DNA of 64,000 nt, taken from assembly GCA_023515725.1 (NCBI GenBank), contig JALDTO010000155.1, positions 655,147 through 719,146 of the forward strand, given 5' to 3'. Below the pieces are notes generated by a model that saw only the letters and a list, made by a program, of their open reading frames with translations, made no database searches and was not told where the DNA came from. This document shows, in pieces, positions 40,009-53,318 of the stretch (position 1 is the stretch's first letter; the number at the start of each line of letters is the position of its first letter). The stretch is from Amoeboaphelidium protococcarum X5 (lineage: Eukaryota; Fungi; Aphelidiomycota). Made by a program: the position numbers and the translations under genes.

Positions 40009-40336
40009 ATCGTTTAGGAGCAGAAGATTAATTTAGAATAATGAAAGCGTTTGGCGGGAATAAATAATTTATATTGAAAAGTAGCTTGATCTTTTTCTGT
40101 CTTATGTTGTAATTATGTTTCGCCATTGTTGCCTCTTTCAATACTCATATGTACGTGTGTTATGGATGGTGTTTACCGCCTTTAATTTTTCATTTTTGTG
40201 TTCAGTTCTGATCTGCCCGTTCCTTTTCCTCAAAGCTTTTTAAAATATCTCAATCTTGCTATAAATTCAGCGGAATTAACCAACTTTTGTTCGCTATCAT
40301 CATTAAAGCTATAATACAGTTACTAAACAGTTTATA

Positions 40337-40759
40337 ATGTCGTAATTGTTGAAGAGAATTGGAGAAATGGTGAGACCATATCTGGTGGTTAACGCAGAGC
40401 ATGTTGATGCTCACGATGTTCTTAATGCTAGGACTTACCGGCGTGCATCTGCCACCCTGGAGAAGGTGATGTCTTCAGATCAGTAATCGCCTACATACAA
40501 GACTGGAACTAATCCGTACGGAAAGTTGGCGAACAATTACTATTTCAAAAGAGATCTTAGGAGATCGTTCCCATAAACTGTAGTGATGAAGAATCCTGAT
40601 TTCGTTGGTGGTAATGGCGGTCAAGTGAAAGCTTTGCCAAGTTCTACTGATGGTGCAGCGACTAGCGGATTTAATGAGACTGTACTGCCTGGTAAGGAGG
40701 TTAGATTGAAGTACTCGTCATATCCTTCAGAATATGAGACTATCACCTACTATAAATGA
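40337..40759 (+). CDS. NDUFA7: Mitochondrial complex I accessory subunit NDUFA7/B14.5a-like
   Basis: KLANNYYFKRDLRRSFPQTVV matches the family NNYYxxRDxRR motif. Confidence 0.8.
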
Positions 40760-40829
40760 TTAATAAGAAGAAGGAGTTAAATTTGTACTGGTTCTTAATA
40801 AGTTCAATTCTTGTACTTTAGTTGATAAA

Positions 40830-42251
40830 TCACTCTTTAGATTTACTCTTGCTCTTCTTCAACTTTTTACCACTAGATTTACCTAGAGAATTAGACTGCT
40901 GGACCTGTGCGGGAAATCGTTCAATGTAAGACATCTTACGGGTGGAGTCCATAAACTCAGCCAGAACTTGATCAGTGACGCGTTATCTGCGCTCCTAGAA
41001 AGCAGTGACAAACTAGCTGAGCACTTGAGAACACCTTCCCTTCATCTCCCCCGATGTCCACTCTCCGGATCTATACAGCGCACCGATACGCTCAACCTCA
41101 GCGTCATCATCCAAGAAGAATCTCATGTATTAGTACGAGACATCAACCTCAGTATCGCCACCCAACTATCTGTGAGTCTCCAACGTTTCTCTTCCACCAC
41201 TGAAGGCATACTTTTTAATCTTCTTCTCCACTTATGAGGGTGTATCAGTCATATAGATAGTACTAGCAGCCATGGATGCTGACATTTTAGAATGAGATCC
41301 CAATAGAGATGGAAAGAACTTTGAGTGGATCAGTGCAGGCTTTGGATGATTGAGACGTTTAGAGACATCACGCGTCAATCTAAAGTATGGATCCTGATCG
41401 ATGGCACACGGGATAAGACATGGAACGTCTGTGCGATCAGCGAATATATGGCTAAAAGTACTGCAAAATGCAGGTGCTGCCTACACAGCGACAAATGCCA
41501 ACTTTCCAATACTAGCAGAATCATCAAATCCGAAAGCAGACTTGCTCTAATTCGTATTGATACACTTTTAGATGCGCACAGTATTACGATAGAATGATCC
41601 ACCCATGTAGTTCAAATTGGAGAATATAAATGTCAATGCAAGATCGAATCCAACAGCAATTATATCCTTGGCATTGTCCATAGCGTACTAATGACACTGC
41701 TCCAGAGTGAGATCTTTGAACAGGAATTTCTCATCATCCGTCAACTGGATCACCAACGGAACTTTAAACACTTCCTACAGCCATTTACAGAACAGGAATG
41801 GGATCATATGGCCAAGATGCATAGACTCACTGGATGGTCCACGTCCAGTATACAGGTAGAATGGTTCATTCTTCTCCACACGGTCCAGAAGTTCAGATAG
41901 ATCTCGATGAGAGAAGAAGATGCCGCGCGTAAGGAAGTGATGCAATTGAATTTCATTAACATCTGCTACTGGTACCTGCTCCCCATGTCGCTCCTTGACC
42001 AACTTGATCGCATTCCTGAATCTCTGCAAAAGCCCTTCATCAATAACCATAGATCCAAATTCAGATATCAGCTTATTGTAATCAATCGCCTATGCAACGC
42101 CATCAACCACAGCTCCTTTCACGTCCCAGGGATCAACAGATTGTGACGCCTACTATTACTGAGGTGCCAATTCTTTACGCTCATTTGCAATTTCTAAACT
42201 CTCCATTGAACTTTAAATGGAGGCCTATAATGAACTCTCCTGCTTCGACAT
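40830..42251 (-). CDS. WRS1: Cytoplasmic tryptophanyl-tRNA synthetase
   Basis: VDPWDV...IDYNKLI..FGS; [10 protein letters not shown]; [18 protein letters not shown]; QLTDDEKFL; [10 protein letters not shown]; KMSAS; YAFSGG. Confidence 0.97.
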
Positions 42252-42445
42252 GACTAATCAAATCAACACACGCTCTTGTGAAAAGAAACTTCTTCCTTAA
42301 AAAGAAAAGGACAAGGAAAGATCTCGTCCTCCTGAAGACGCTTTTCTGCAAACGCAATCGACACTCAGAAAGATTCTGCTAGTTGTACAGCGTTAGACTT
42401 AGTTGAGTTTCATCATCAATACAGTGTGGGACGGCGAGAAGAGAA

Positions 42446-43012
42446 ATGATCCGTGTCGCGTTTTAAACAACTGTTGGGGATTTCATGGTGGAGCTGTACC
42501 GAGAGCACGCCGCCCAGACTTGTGATGATTTCGTACAGTTGATATAATCAAACTATTACAGCGATTCTTACATTCACAGAATTATACAGGTAAATGATAT
42601 TATGACGTGTAAATAATTAATGAATGATTTTTTATCCCGATTGAACGTGTAGGACTATATCTTACAAGGTGGCATGCGGTTGTAAGACAATGCTGAAGAC
42701 TCCGATGAGTTCAGAGAAAAAATCGAGTCGTTTCATCTGGGATAGATCAGTAAAGATTTGAAGCATACAGGTGCTGGGGTTTTCGGTCTAGTCAGAGATG
42801 AGACTACCGGTAAATTTAGTGGTCAGTTTTATATCACGCTTGCCCCGACACCATCGCTGGATAGGAAGCAGGTGATTATTGGACGCGTCTGTGAGGGGAT
42901 GAAAGTTGTTAAAAAACTGTCTCTCCTTCAGACTGATGCAGATTATGTTCCTGTTGAGGAAGTAAGAATTATATCTGCCACCATTGATAATCAAGACACT
43001 TATGAACCATGA
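42446..43012 (+). CDS. Cyclophilin, PPIL1-like, with degenerate active site; intron 42590-42652
   Basis: TTVGDFMVELYREHA...HRIIQ|DYILQGG...DLKHTGAGV...QFYITLAPTPSLDRKQVIIGRVCEGMKVV. Confidence 0.85.
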
Positions 43013-43068
43013 ATATATACAATTTAAAATTCAATTTATTCCTAGTTATTATTACAAAAAAACACAAT

Positions 43069-44730
43069 TCACATTCTAGATATTCCGTAAATGTTTCCGC
43101 CTAGAACTTTGTTGCCATAGCAGACGGAGAGACAGAGAGCAATGACAGTTCTGGTGTCTCGTGGATCGATAACACCATCATCTAGGCAGCGGGAGGAGGT
43201 GTAATAGACATCACTCTCTGATTCGACCAGTTGGCGGAACATTTCTTTACGCATCTCCCCCTGCTATTCCATCTCTGGAGACAGTTTCTTCCCCCTCTTC
43301 TGCAGACCGTCCTTCATAATCTGGTCCATCACACCAACCAGCTGGTCACTTCCCATCACACTACACTTGGACTGGGGCCAGCTGAATAGAAAGCGCGGAT
43401 TATACGCTCGACCATTCATGGCATAGTTGCCAGCACCAAATGACGCTGCCATCATGACGGTGATCGTGGGAACCTTGGAGTTGGATACTGCATTTATGAA
43501 TCTAGAGCCAGCCTTGATTACACCAGCCTCCTCATACTTTCTACCCACCATGAATCCGGTGATATTCTACAGATAAATAATAGGAACATTCTTCATGTTA
43601 CACAATTGGATAAATTGGACAGCTTTATTGGCATCTTCAGGAAATATAGGATTATTGTTTGAAATAATACCCACGGGGAATCCATGAATATGCGCCCAAC
43701 CAGTTATTAAATTAGGACCATAGAGGGGCTTGAAATCACTAAATCTACTTCCATCTACAATTCTAGCTATAACTTCCATCGCATTGAATGGAGTCTTTAT
43801 ACTGGCAGGCAGGACGCTCAGAATCTCATCCGGAGAGTATACAGGTTCTGAATACTAGTGGAATAGATGCTACTGAGGTAGAGGAGTCAACTTTTACCAA
43901 TTGAAATACTTTATAAACTCTCTCACCTTCTTAATAGCATCATATTCATCCATAGCCAGATGGTCTGACACACCAGACTTTCGCGAGTGCATGTCAGCGC
44001 CGCCCAGAGACTCATCATCAACCACCTCATTCGTTGCCATCTTCACCAGAGGAGGACCGGCCAAGAACACCTTTGCCTTATCCTTCACCAACACCGTGTA
44101 ATCAGCCATACCAACTGTGTAGGCGCCGCCTGCGGTCGAACTCCCGAAACATACAGTGGCAGTAGGTAGACCCATTTTACTTCTCTCAGCCATATGTCTG
44201 AACGATGCGCCACCAGCATGGAAAACTCGAAACTGCTGTGACAGATTAGCCCCTGCAGACTGAGTCAAATTGATAGAAGGCAAACGATTCTCCACACAAA
44301 TCTAATGCAAGCGGGCAGTCTTCATCACTGCAGCTTCATTAATAGCACCACCGGCCATAGTCGCAACATTGGCGCTGATCATGCACTCAACGCCATTGAC
44401 GAGACCAATGCCGGCAATAACAGACGCTCCGGTTGGAATACCATCTTGACCATGACCAGCTAGAGCCAACAATTCCAAGAATGGCGAACCTTCATCAAGT
44501 ACAAGTTCCACTCTATCTCTGGCGAGCAGCTGATGTCTCTAAAATTAGTGTCTCGACACAACATCAGCCTTCTTGTGCTTTCCGCTTCCATGATCACCAC
44601 CAACAGGAGGAGCTTGTAACAATGCCTGCAACAAGTTCTAGTTCAACTCATTAATCACACCCAAATGGTATTCCCGATTCTTCTTGCACTACTCGCTGCC
44701 AACAACAATCTGCGACTTTATCACTGACAT
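43069..44730 (-). CDS. Acyl-CoA carboxylase carboxyltransferase beta subunit (MCC-beta / geranyl-CoA carboxylase AtuC-like)
   Basis: LLARDRVELVLDEGSPFLEL; QSAGANL; GSSTAGGAY; FLAGPPLVKMAT; LGGADMH; QNITGFMVG; SFGAGNYAM; DDGVIDPRDTR. Confidence 0.93.
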
Positions 44731-44971
44731 TATTATTTACAGCTAATTTAAATGTAATTCTTACTCAGTCGACGCCGCGATGATAAACGATAGTAAAAGG
44801 GATACCGTGGGAACAATAATAAATGAAAGTCGAAGAATGATCGCTTGCAGTACGACCGCGTCGCTCCTTCCTTTGTGCGCCAGTATCCAATTCGATCAAT
44901 TATTCTTCTTCACAACTTGGCGATAGAGTAGAACTTGAAATCTAAGGCATCGAATACTTAATACATACAGA

Positions 44972-45345
44972 ATGGTATGCTTAGAGATAATTTTGCTATT
45001 TTTAATCAAGTTTATTATGATTTAATGTAGACTGCTCTGTTTAATTTTGAGTCTCTATTGTTAGTCATTTTGCTGAGTATATGCACTCTTACGTACGTCA
45101 AGTATCAGTTCCCCTCGCTCCTCCCAGATTCCAAGTATCGACCTACTCCAAACAGTAAAATTATTCTATTCTTCTTGACATTATCTAAATTTAACAACAT
45201 CCGTATGGTTTTTGTAGATGATATTACTAGCACAGGTGGCGTGTTTGGTCTCATGTGGAAGTTGGCGCGAATTGGTGAAAGGTTGTCGTTCTACGTGGCG
45301 CTGTGTTGTATCGTAATGTCTGTACGAATACTTGTAAAAGATTGA
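44972..45345 (+). CDS. KSH1: Protein kish (TMEM167); introns 44975-45030, 45155-45217
   Basis: M|TALFNFESLLLVILLSICTLTYV...GVFGLMWKLARIGERLSFYVALCC. Confidence 0.92.
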
Positions 45346-45503
45346 TGAGAAAATATGAAGTGAACAACTTCATTTAGATTATGCGTAAACGTTGCGATTG
45401 TCGTAAAGAGTTGAAAATCTCAAATTGCAATATTTAAATTTCATTACAGTATTATAAACTAGCCATTCAATGATAAGAACATCAGTGCAAGAACAACATT
45501 GTA

Positions 45504-45928
45504 TCACTTTGTCAGATCCGCGGATCCTCTAGCAATCTCAATCACCACTCCGATTTGGCCATCAAGATGACGAACTCGTCCGCTCACTTGATCAATCTTG
45601 TCCGAAAGCCTCTGGTCTCGGGCCTTCATATCGTCCGAGAGCGTTTACAACAAATTTATTAAATCTTAACTTTGGTGTCTTTGACTCTCTTCAAGCTTCT
45701 ACATGCTCTGGTTTTGATTCTTCTCCAAATCTTTCAAACTATCTTTGATGGGCTGTATCATGAGATTCCCTACTGACAATACGACAGCAGTGTAAGTCGC
45801 AACAAAGGTGAAAACCAGCTACGCAGTACGATAATTTTTGTTTAGAAATTTGCCCCATGATTCTTCATGCTGAGGCCATTTCCATTAGCGTGCACGCTTC
45901 TGCGGAATAATAATCTACGCAATGCCAT
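45504..45928 (-). CDS. Hypothetical protein: mitochondrial-type presequence, TM helix, coiled coil; apparent -1 frame break near 45875
   Basis: MALRRLLFRRSVHANGNG, then the -1 frame PQHEESWGKFL...LVFTFVATYTAVVLSVGNL...IKDSLKDLEK...LSDKIDQV. Confidence 0.5.
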
Positions 45929-46275
45929 AGTAATCAATGTGGCGTCAAGATATTGAGTGATTGACAAATTTAGCCCAAAAGGTGGTGAAAAAGTGGGAGA
46001 GTCGACGAACTAATACAATGTCACATTTTCTCTACAGTAATTTAACGACAGCACGCGATACTTTGGCAAAGCCTCTAAAATCTCAATTTTCGAACCCATT
46101 GATGCTACAGTAATACAATATAAAAAAACCAAGTTTGCTTTCAACACGAGATCAAATTTTGATAACGTAAGTTCATTTTGACTAATTGTCAAACTTACAG
46201 TAGGTGTCCGATTTATCTCTTCGGTATAAAATCACTCGATTTGTAAATAGTTTATTCTGAAACACCGTTGCAAAA

Positions 46276-47213
46276 TCACTGATTAAGAGAAATGACAGAA
46301 AAAGCCACAGATGGAGGTGGAGTACACGCTTCATGACAACATTTCATGATGTAATACACAATGCGGTACACCTGCAACACCTTGGATTCGTCATAAAAAC
46401 GAAGGTCCAATAGAAATTCTTCACTTCGCCACAAAAGGCCATCTTCATCAATATGAACGAACTGCCATTGTTTTGCATTAGAGAGAATTCCCCAGACGCG
46501 CTTTTTGGCCTTGCCAGCATCCACTCGAGTTTTGTATAGAGATGCCGCTTCTGCGACACATTGCCACAGGTCTTGTTCTCCTTTGCTTGTCTTTGCTTCG
46601 ACAGCGACCAGATGAACTTCCCGTGGAATAGTGTTATCAAAGATATCTTTTCCTTTTCCAAATCCAACAGTGTAATCAGTTACTCCGCTCAATTTGCGTT
46701 TCTTTGTACCATTCGTTTGCACCACTGTAACTTGTAGTTCCGGAAAGATACGTAGATCACCACCAAACTCTTCGCGAAGAATGATATCACTGAGAAACAG
46801 GTTGAGGAAAATACGACGTCAGGCCTCATTTTGCTGATGGAAAGCTCTGGATACTTCTTCAAATTTTGTTTGGAAGCCAGGCCGTGGTTGAATTGTAACA
46901 TTGACAGTGTAACCGGTCCCCACCTTCGATATGCGGTGTTGACTCCAGTGACTGCTTAAATCCATTCGCTGTCGGCTTCAGAGAAAGACTTGGTAACTGG
47001 AGGTTCATCCTTCATTGCGAGCTTGATAAATGATTCGTAGCGCTTAACAGAGGCTCTAGCATCGGCAAGGCGCATGTCGAGTCGAGCCAATTCCTCTTAT
47101 TCATCTGAGGTAAGCACCAGCTTTCGTTCCACTTTCTTCAAAGCTGCTCTTTGATCGATAAGGTCTTTAATGTCTTGTTCTACGGCAGCCAGTAGTTGAA
47201 GGCAAGAATCCAT
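46276..47213 (-). pseudogene. Crinkler-like effector: helical header plus PD-(D/E)XK nuclease; -1 frameshift near 46920 and in-frame TGA near 46820
   Basis: MDSCLQLLAAVEQDIKDL header; NEA*RRIFLNLFL...FPEL...LSGVTDYTVG...VAVEAK...QCVAEA...VWGILSNAKQWQF. Confidence 0.75.
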
Positions 47214-47472
47214 TTTGTGATGTTCTCTGTTTTTCAGGAGAGAGAAAAAGATAAAGGAGACCACATGATCTTATTCAATTCTGATCGCCTCTATTTCTTC
47301 TTCTTCATCAACACACTAAAGCAGTATTAGTCTTTGATTGAATCAGTCACTGATCATTAGTTAATGCTCGCATTTTAACAAGATAACATATATACTGTAT
47401 AGATATATTCCGTATCAATTCTCAAATTTGATCAAGTTATTGTAAATTATAGTACGTGAACTAAAATCTATT

Positions 47473-50400
47473 ATGGAAGTTATTGATCTTACAGCGGAGG
47501 ATGATGGACAGAGATTCCGTTAGTTGGTTAGTGAAAGATTACCTAATAAGTTGGATGGATTATCACTGCTTGGTATATATCCTGCGTATGGAAAGTTGTT
47601 GTTTCCTTTGAGATATTTATTAACTAATGCACGTTAATAGTATTAGGGGGGTTATCAAGTCGGTGGTAATAATAATGATCATGATTCTAATGCTGCTGAT
47701 CTGTTCAAGGTGTAGCTGAAGTGCTAGTAATTACCAGGTGATATGGGGCACGAGTTGCACATCCTAGTCCCGAATACTCAGAACCCATAATAATCATAGC
47801 TGATTGGAATTATCTGTCAAGATAGTGCCAAAATTATTTTTAGATTTCTGATGGATCCCTTCCTCCAGTAGAATGTTCAAGTATCCGTCACCATTCCTGT
47901 ACACAATGCTCACCGGTAATCCCTGAATAGTCCCAGTAAGTAGTTTAAATGCTATTGTTGGATATCCCTATATGGTGATCCTAGACAATTGGCGGATATT
48001 AGAAAAGTGTGCCAATTGCTGGATATGAATGTTGTGCCCAGAGATATCGCGATTGATTAGTATGCTGGAGTTCCTCTTGGTGGTGCTTCTTCATCATCTG
48101 CCATGAACTGTCAATAGAATGGAACTAGGGAAACTGTAACGCAGAATCACATTATCGATTCTCTCAAGAATTTGCAAAGTGATGACAGTATTGAAGAGAG
48201 TGAGCAACCTGCTGCACTGAAATCTGATCTATTTTCGCATTAGAAGATGGCGTTGACTTTTATGAAGAATCGCGAGTCTGGACGTGGTAATAGTGTTGTG
48301 GGGTCATTTTACAAGTAGCAGGGACTTGACTCTTGGCTTAATACTGTCACTAGTGCCAATCAGGATAATGTTCCAGTTGAGCCTAAAGGTGGAATATTGG
48401 CTGACGATATGGGCCTTGGAAAAACGCTTACGGTGATTTCTCTTATTTTATGCCATCCATTCGTTGCTTAGAATATAAACTAACGCGGTAATATTGCTGC
48501 AGCACCTCAAGTTCAAAATAATTAATGGCCAGTTTTGGACGCTAAAGCTACTCTGATCATATGTCCTGTGTCTGTTATATCTTCGTGGTAGGATTAATTA
48601 CAGGAGCACGTTGAGTTTGATAGTCGATTGGATGTGTTGGTATATCATGGCAAGGATCGCGAGAAATTGCAGGATCCTGCCATACTTTAGAAATATGATG
48701 TTATTCTTACTACGTATGAGACTGTAAGAGCTGATTTTAAGAAGCATGGTTCTATCGTGACATGTAAATGGAAGAAGAGGAAGACTAAGAAGTAGAATCC
48801 ACCTATTAATGCTAGTTAGATTGATCAACTATAAGATCTTCTCGATAATGATGATAATCTGGCACTACTTGATGAGGCTGTACAGCTGGGACGTAGTTAG
48901 AGATCGACGACTATTAGTGACTCTGATTCTGACTTTAGAGATGACGAGGCGGAGGATGGTAAATAGAGGGCCAGAGCTCCTATGGAGCGTCATAAGAGTC
49001 CTCTATTTTCCCTGCGCTTCCATAGAATTGTTCTGGATGAAGCTCATTATATCAGAGAAAGTGCAAATATCACATCTGAGGCAGTATGCCAGCTGAAGGC
49101 AGATCGTAGATGGTGTCTGACGGGAACGCCAATTATCAATAAGTTGGAAGATTTATTCGGATTGATTAAATTTCTGAGAATTGAGCCATTTAGTGATGAG
49201 AAGGTATGGAGGAGTCGCTTCAGTAAGACTGCGCTCCCTAATGCCAACTAGTCTAATTATTACATTCCACCTGGGGTGTTGCAGCGGGCGGATGAAAGTA
49301 TGGTCATGCTTAGAACTCTTATGAAGTGTATTATGCTCAGAAGAACTAAAGACCAGAAAGTTAATGGTAGAAAGATAATTGACCTTCCAACAAAAGACGA
49401 GTAGATTGTTTACATTTAATTGTCACCTTAGGAGAGGAAATTGTATGATCATGTGAAGTAATTCGGTGTCACGCTATTTAAAAGACTAGTGGCGACAGAC
49501 GAAGTGATGAGACACTATACTCAGATTTTAGAGATATTCCTGAGATTCAGGTAGATTTGTACACACTCTAACATGTGTGAGGGTAAGCTTGACAAGATGC
49601 TGCATGGGTCCTTTCATTCACTTCTTCACAATAATAATGATGGTAGTCAGTTTGCGTTCAGCTTAGATATGGCCAAGTAGATGTTTATGGCTTTGCAGGA
49701 GAGTGGTGATGATATCTGCAGTCAGTGCATGGAGTATGTCACACAGTAGGATTGCTAGAATTGGTGTCTGATTACCAAATGTAGTCATTTGTTCTGTAGC
49801 AAATGCGCCGATGAAATGCTTGATGCTAATGCTAGCTAGTGTCCTGCTTGTGATTAGATGATTAAATTGTCAACTTCTGCTATCTCGGCCCGCAAGCCTG
49901 ATGTACACAGAATTGCATTTGACCCGTTACCGTGCGTGGTGTAGAATGGTAACAATTGTGATGGTCGCACTACTCCTGGCTCCGCTTCATCTTCTCAAGC
50001 ATCCTCATCGTCTCGATAGTCTATTATCGCCAATCGTGTCGACGATGATAATGATGATGATATAAGAGTTGTGGATAATGATTTGGATGCCGAGTTGCGT
50101 CAAAGGGAAGACATTGAGCTATTTGGTCTTGTTGACGACGATCCTCAGTATAATGGCAGATATTCAAAGATCGAGTGCCTCAAGAAGGAGACTCTTAGTG
50201 CAAAGTTTCAATATGTTCTCAAAGATCTACTACAGCACTTGGATACAAAGAGTGTGATATTCAGTCAATGGACAACTTGCTTGAACATTCTGGAACATCA
50301 CTTGAATAGACACGGTGTTAAATTTACGCGTTTGGATGGCTAATGCAATTTAGCTCAGCGTCAGGAAGCTCTTTAGTAATTTAAGAACGATAAGAGCGTT

Positions 50401-51036
50401 CATGTACTTATCATGTCATTAAAAGCCGGTGGTGTTGGTATCAATCTGACTTGTGCTACCAGAGTGTACTTGATGGACATATGGTGGGCGTAGGCTTCTG
50501 AGTAGTAGGCCATTGATAGAGTTCATCGCTTGGGTCAGACACATCCTGTCACATGCATCAGAGTTATCGTAAGTAATTCTATTGAAGAGAATGTGCTTAA
50601 TTTACAGAAGAGAAAGGCTGAAATCGCGCAAATGGCTCTGTCTGACAAGAAATTGGTTGGATTGAATGGCAACAATGATGGCACAGTTGAGGAAGATGCG
50701 GATAATCAGATTGATGTCAAAGGTAAAGGTCTCAAGAAGAGAGAAAGAGCAAAACGCCGCCTGGACAGATAGAAAATGCTTAATTAGCAGAGGCGGATGC
50801 GCGTAGAAGATTTACAGTATCTATTTACAGGTGGCAATTTGGATGATAATTTTGGAGGGTAAGATAATAATAGGCAAGGCTCATTGAGATAGAATAGCTA
50901 ATAGTAGTAGGCTCGTTAGAATGATCGCACCAGAACTTAGAAAGACGATGATCAGTCTAGTGACGATTTTGAGATTCTGCCTGATGCTAAGCATTTCAGC
51001 AAAAAGTAAAAGGCACCAGTGATTATAATTTAGTGA
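47473..51036 (+). CDS. SNF2-family helicase with embedded RING finger (Rad5/HLTF/Uls1 group)
   Basis: N-terminal VIDLT; [13 protein letters not shown]; [13 protein letters not shown]; [11 protein letters not shown]; [15 protein letters not shown]; MLRRTK; CSQC...CSHLFCSKC...CPAC; IFSQWT; [11 protein letters not shown]; [11 protein letters not shown]. Confidence 0.93.
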
Positions 51037-51295
51037 AATTAGAATCAGTTTAATACTACTCAATTGTTTGAGAATGCTTTCCATCTTGTTAGAAGCCATT
51101 GATTTTTGCATCTCTTTAGTTTGTTAACGGAACACAATACCAACCGTAAATGCAATGGCGGCGAGCGTGCTATCTTAGTGAAAATATAAGGTCAATAACT
51201 GTATGAATAAAGTCAACTGGAAAAATGCAGCATGTATTAATACTGTAAATCAATCAATATCACACATACGATAGTAAAATCAATGCTAGATGTAA

Positions 51296-52846
51296 TCAAC
51301 CGGATGCTTGGTTTACAATCAGACTAACGATACATACTGGCATCACAATACATCCAGTGATTAGTAGAATCATCGCGAAAACTCTAGTCATAGTCCACGA
51401 TTTACCTTCAGTTGCTTTCAAGTAAAAAAGACTAGGCAAAATATAACAGATGGTAGTACTACCAGTGGCACCTACGTAACCCAATACCAGACTAAGATCA
51501 CTGACAAAGAATGCAATGATATAACTCAGGAGCAGAATACCAAGAGTCATACAGATGAATTTAGTATTAGTCATCTTCTTTGTTATAGCAGTTACACTAG
51601 AGAAATTACTAAACACACTAAAATGCTTTCCCTTCACAGTGCTAACATTCTGAACACTAGCTGGCGATAGAGATACGGATCCTTAGAACTACTATTATTA
51701 TTCCGTTACCGATGGATCTGACTGTGGTACAGATCTATAAGCATCAGCAGCTCTACTTATAATCTTATCCAGAGACGCCCGGCATGGATGCAACTACAAA
51801 GGATACGAGAAAAGCATCAGGATCGCGTACGCAATACGCCCAATGGTGACTGGCCAAGACTTTTAAAAATTTATAATAATATTACCAGCCGCGTCATTGC
51901 CAAACATCAAGTATCCGAAAATACCGAATGCAATGTAAGACACCATGGAAATTCCAATACAGCTAACAATCACAAAATTGAGTCTCTTCAAAGAGTTATC
52001 GCGTAGTTCATTGTGTACAGAGAACAGATTTTAATGGCAGGTGAAGGCGAATACAAATACAGGCAATGCTTTGAGAAAGGTCAGCTTTGGAGCAAATATC
52101 TCAATATCTTCAACCGGGATGTGAGATTACGTACCATTAAAGAACATGTACACGATGAGGACCATCAAATACAGAATACCACCCAACGCGACAAATGAAG
52201 TGTACTTTAGGGAGTCTAATCGCTTCAGGAAACATAACGGAGTAATAACAGCCATAAAAATAGTAATCCACATCTACCTGGTCAGCAGGATGTGTCCCTC
52301 AGGGAAGACATTAAAATCATGCAGTACAGATGGTGCCAAATCTCCGATAATCACCAGATAAGACACGCCAACACCAAAGCATTTGATAGCCACCGCAATG
52401 TCAAAGAATACAGCAGCTTGGGGATACGTGATTTTGCTCACAGAATTAAATGATGCCGAGCGACCAACCAGTGCAGCACATCTAGCCAACAAATAAAGTC
52501 CAAAAGCAGCTGCAGATCCACTGAGCATTATCACAATCACCGCCAGACCGATGCCAAGGGTAGTTATAGCATTCGGCATCGCAAGGAGTCCAGCACCCAT
52601 TATAGTATTAAGAATATTGATCATACTAGATGGTATACCCGCAGTGCCATCTCCATGATCATCATCGATCGGCACAGATTACTCCAGATCTAGGTATTGT
52701 ACATCAGTATCATCACTCACAGAGATGCTCTACTATTTATTACTATTACTACTGGCATGATCTAAGTCTTGATGTACGAGCAATGGTTGACTATACAGCT
52801 ACTCTGATGATGAATCACGACTAGCAAATTGTTATCTCAAACTCAT
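51296..52846 (-). CDS. Vacuolar amino acid transporter, Avt5/6/7 (SLC38-like)
   Basis: SSMINILNTIMGAGLLAMP; FDIAVAIKCFGVGVSYLVIIGD; FAFTCHQNLF; LGYVGATGSTTICYILP. Confidence 0.92.
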
Positions 52847-53318
52847 ATACTTTAATAAATATCACGGATTATGAGGATTGTTATATCCAATAGATTAAAG
52901 AAATTGTTATCAGCAATGAACCTTTTTTAAAGTGCAAGACTATAAAATTGACGTGACAAGCTATCAAACTTATGTAAGCCTATAAATTTAAAGGGGAAGA
53001 TGATAGCAAATATTACAGAGCGCCCCTACTACTGTACTTGCTGGGAAAGAAAAGCAAATATCTTAAAAATCCAATCTCAAAAAAGCCTCCCGTCGGCAAT
53101 GAGCAAATCATCATCAGCGAGTCGTGTGATTGGCGCAAACGAGATACAACTTTAATCATAAAGAACGCCAGACAATGAGGGAGATATTAGCAGAATACGT
53201 TGACATATGTTTAAGTAGAGTAACTATGCGCGAAGTCTCTTTTTATATAAAGTGAATAGAGTAATATTGAATCAACACTAAAGTAATACTTTAAAGTTTG
53301 AAATCAAAAAAATCTATT

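Noticed and set aside
46815-46825. In-frame TGA as selenocysteine or read-through
   Set aside because: It is not in a redox motif and the same gene also has a frameshift, so decay is the simpler reading.
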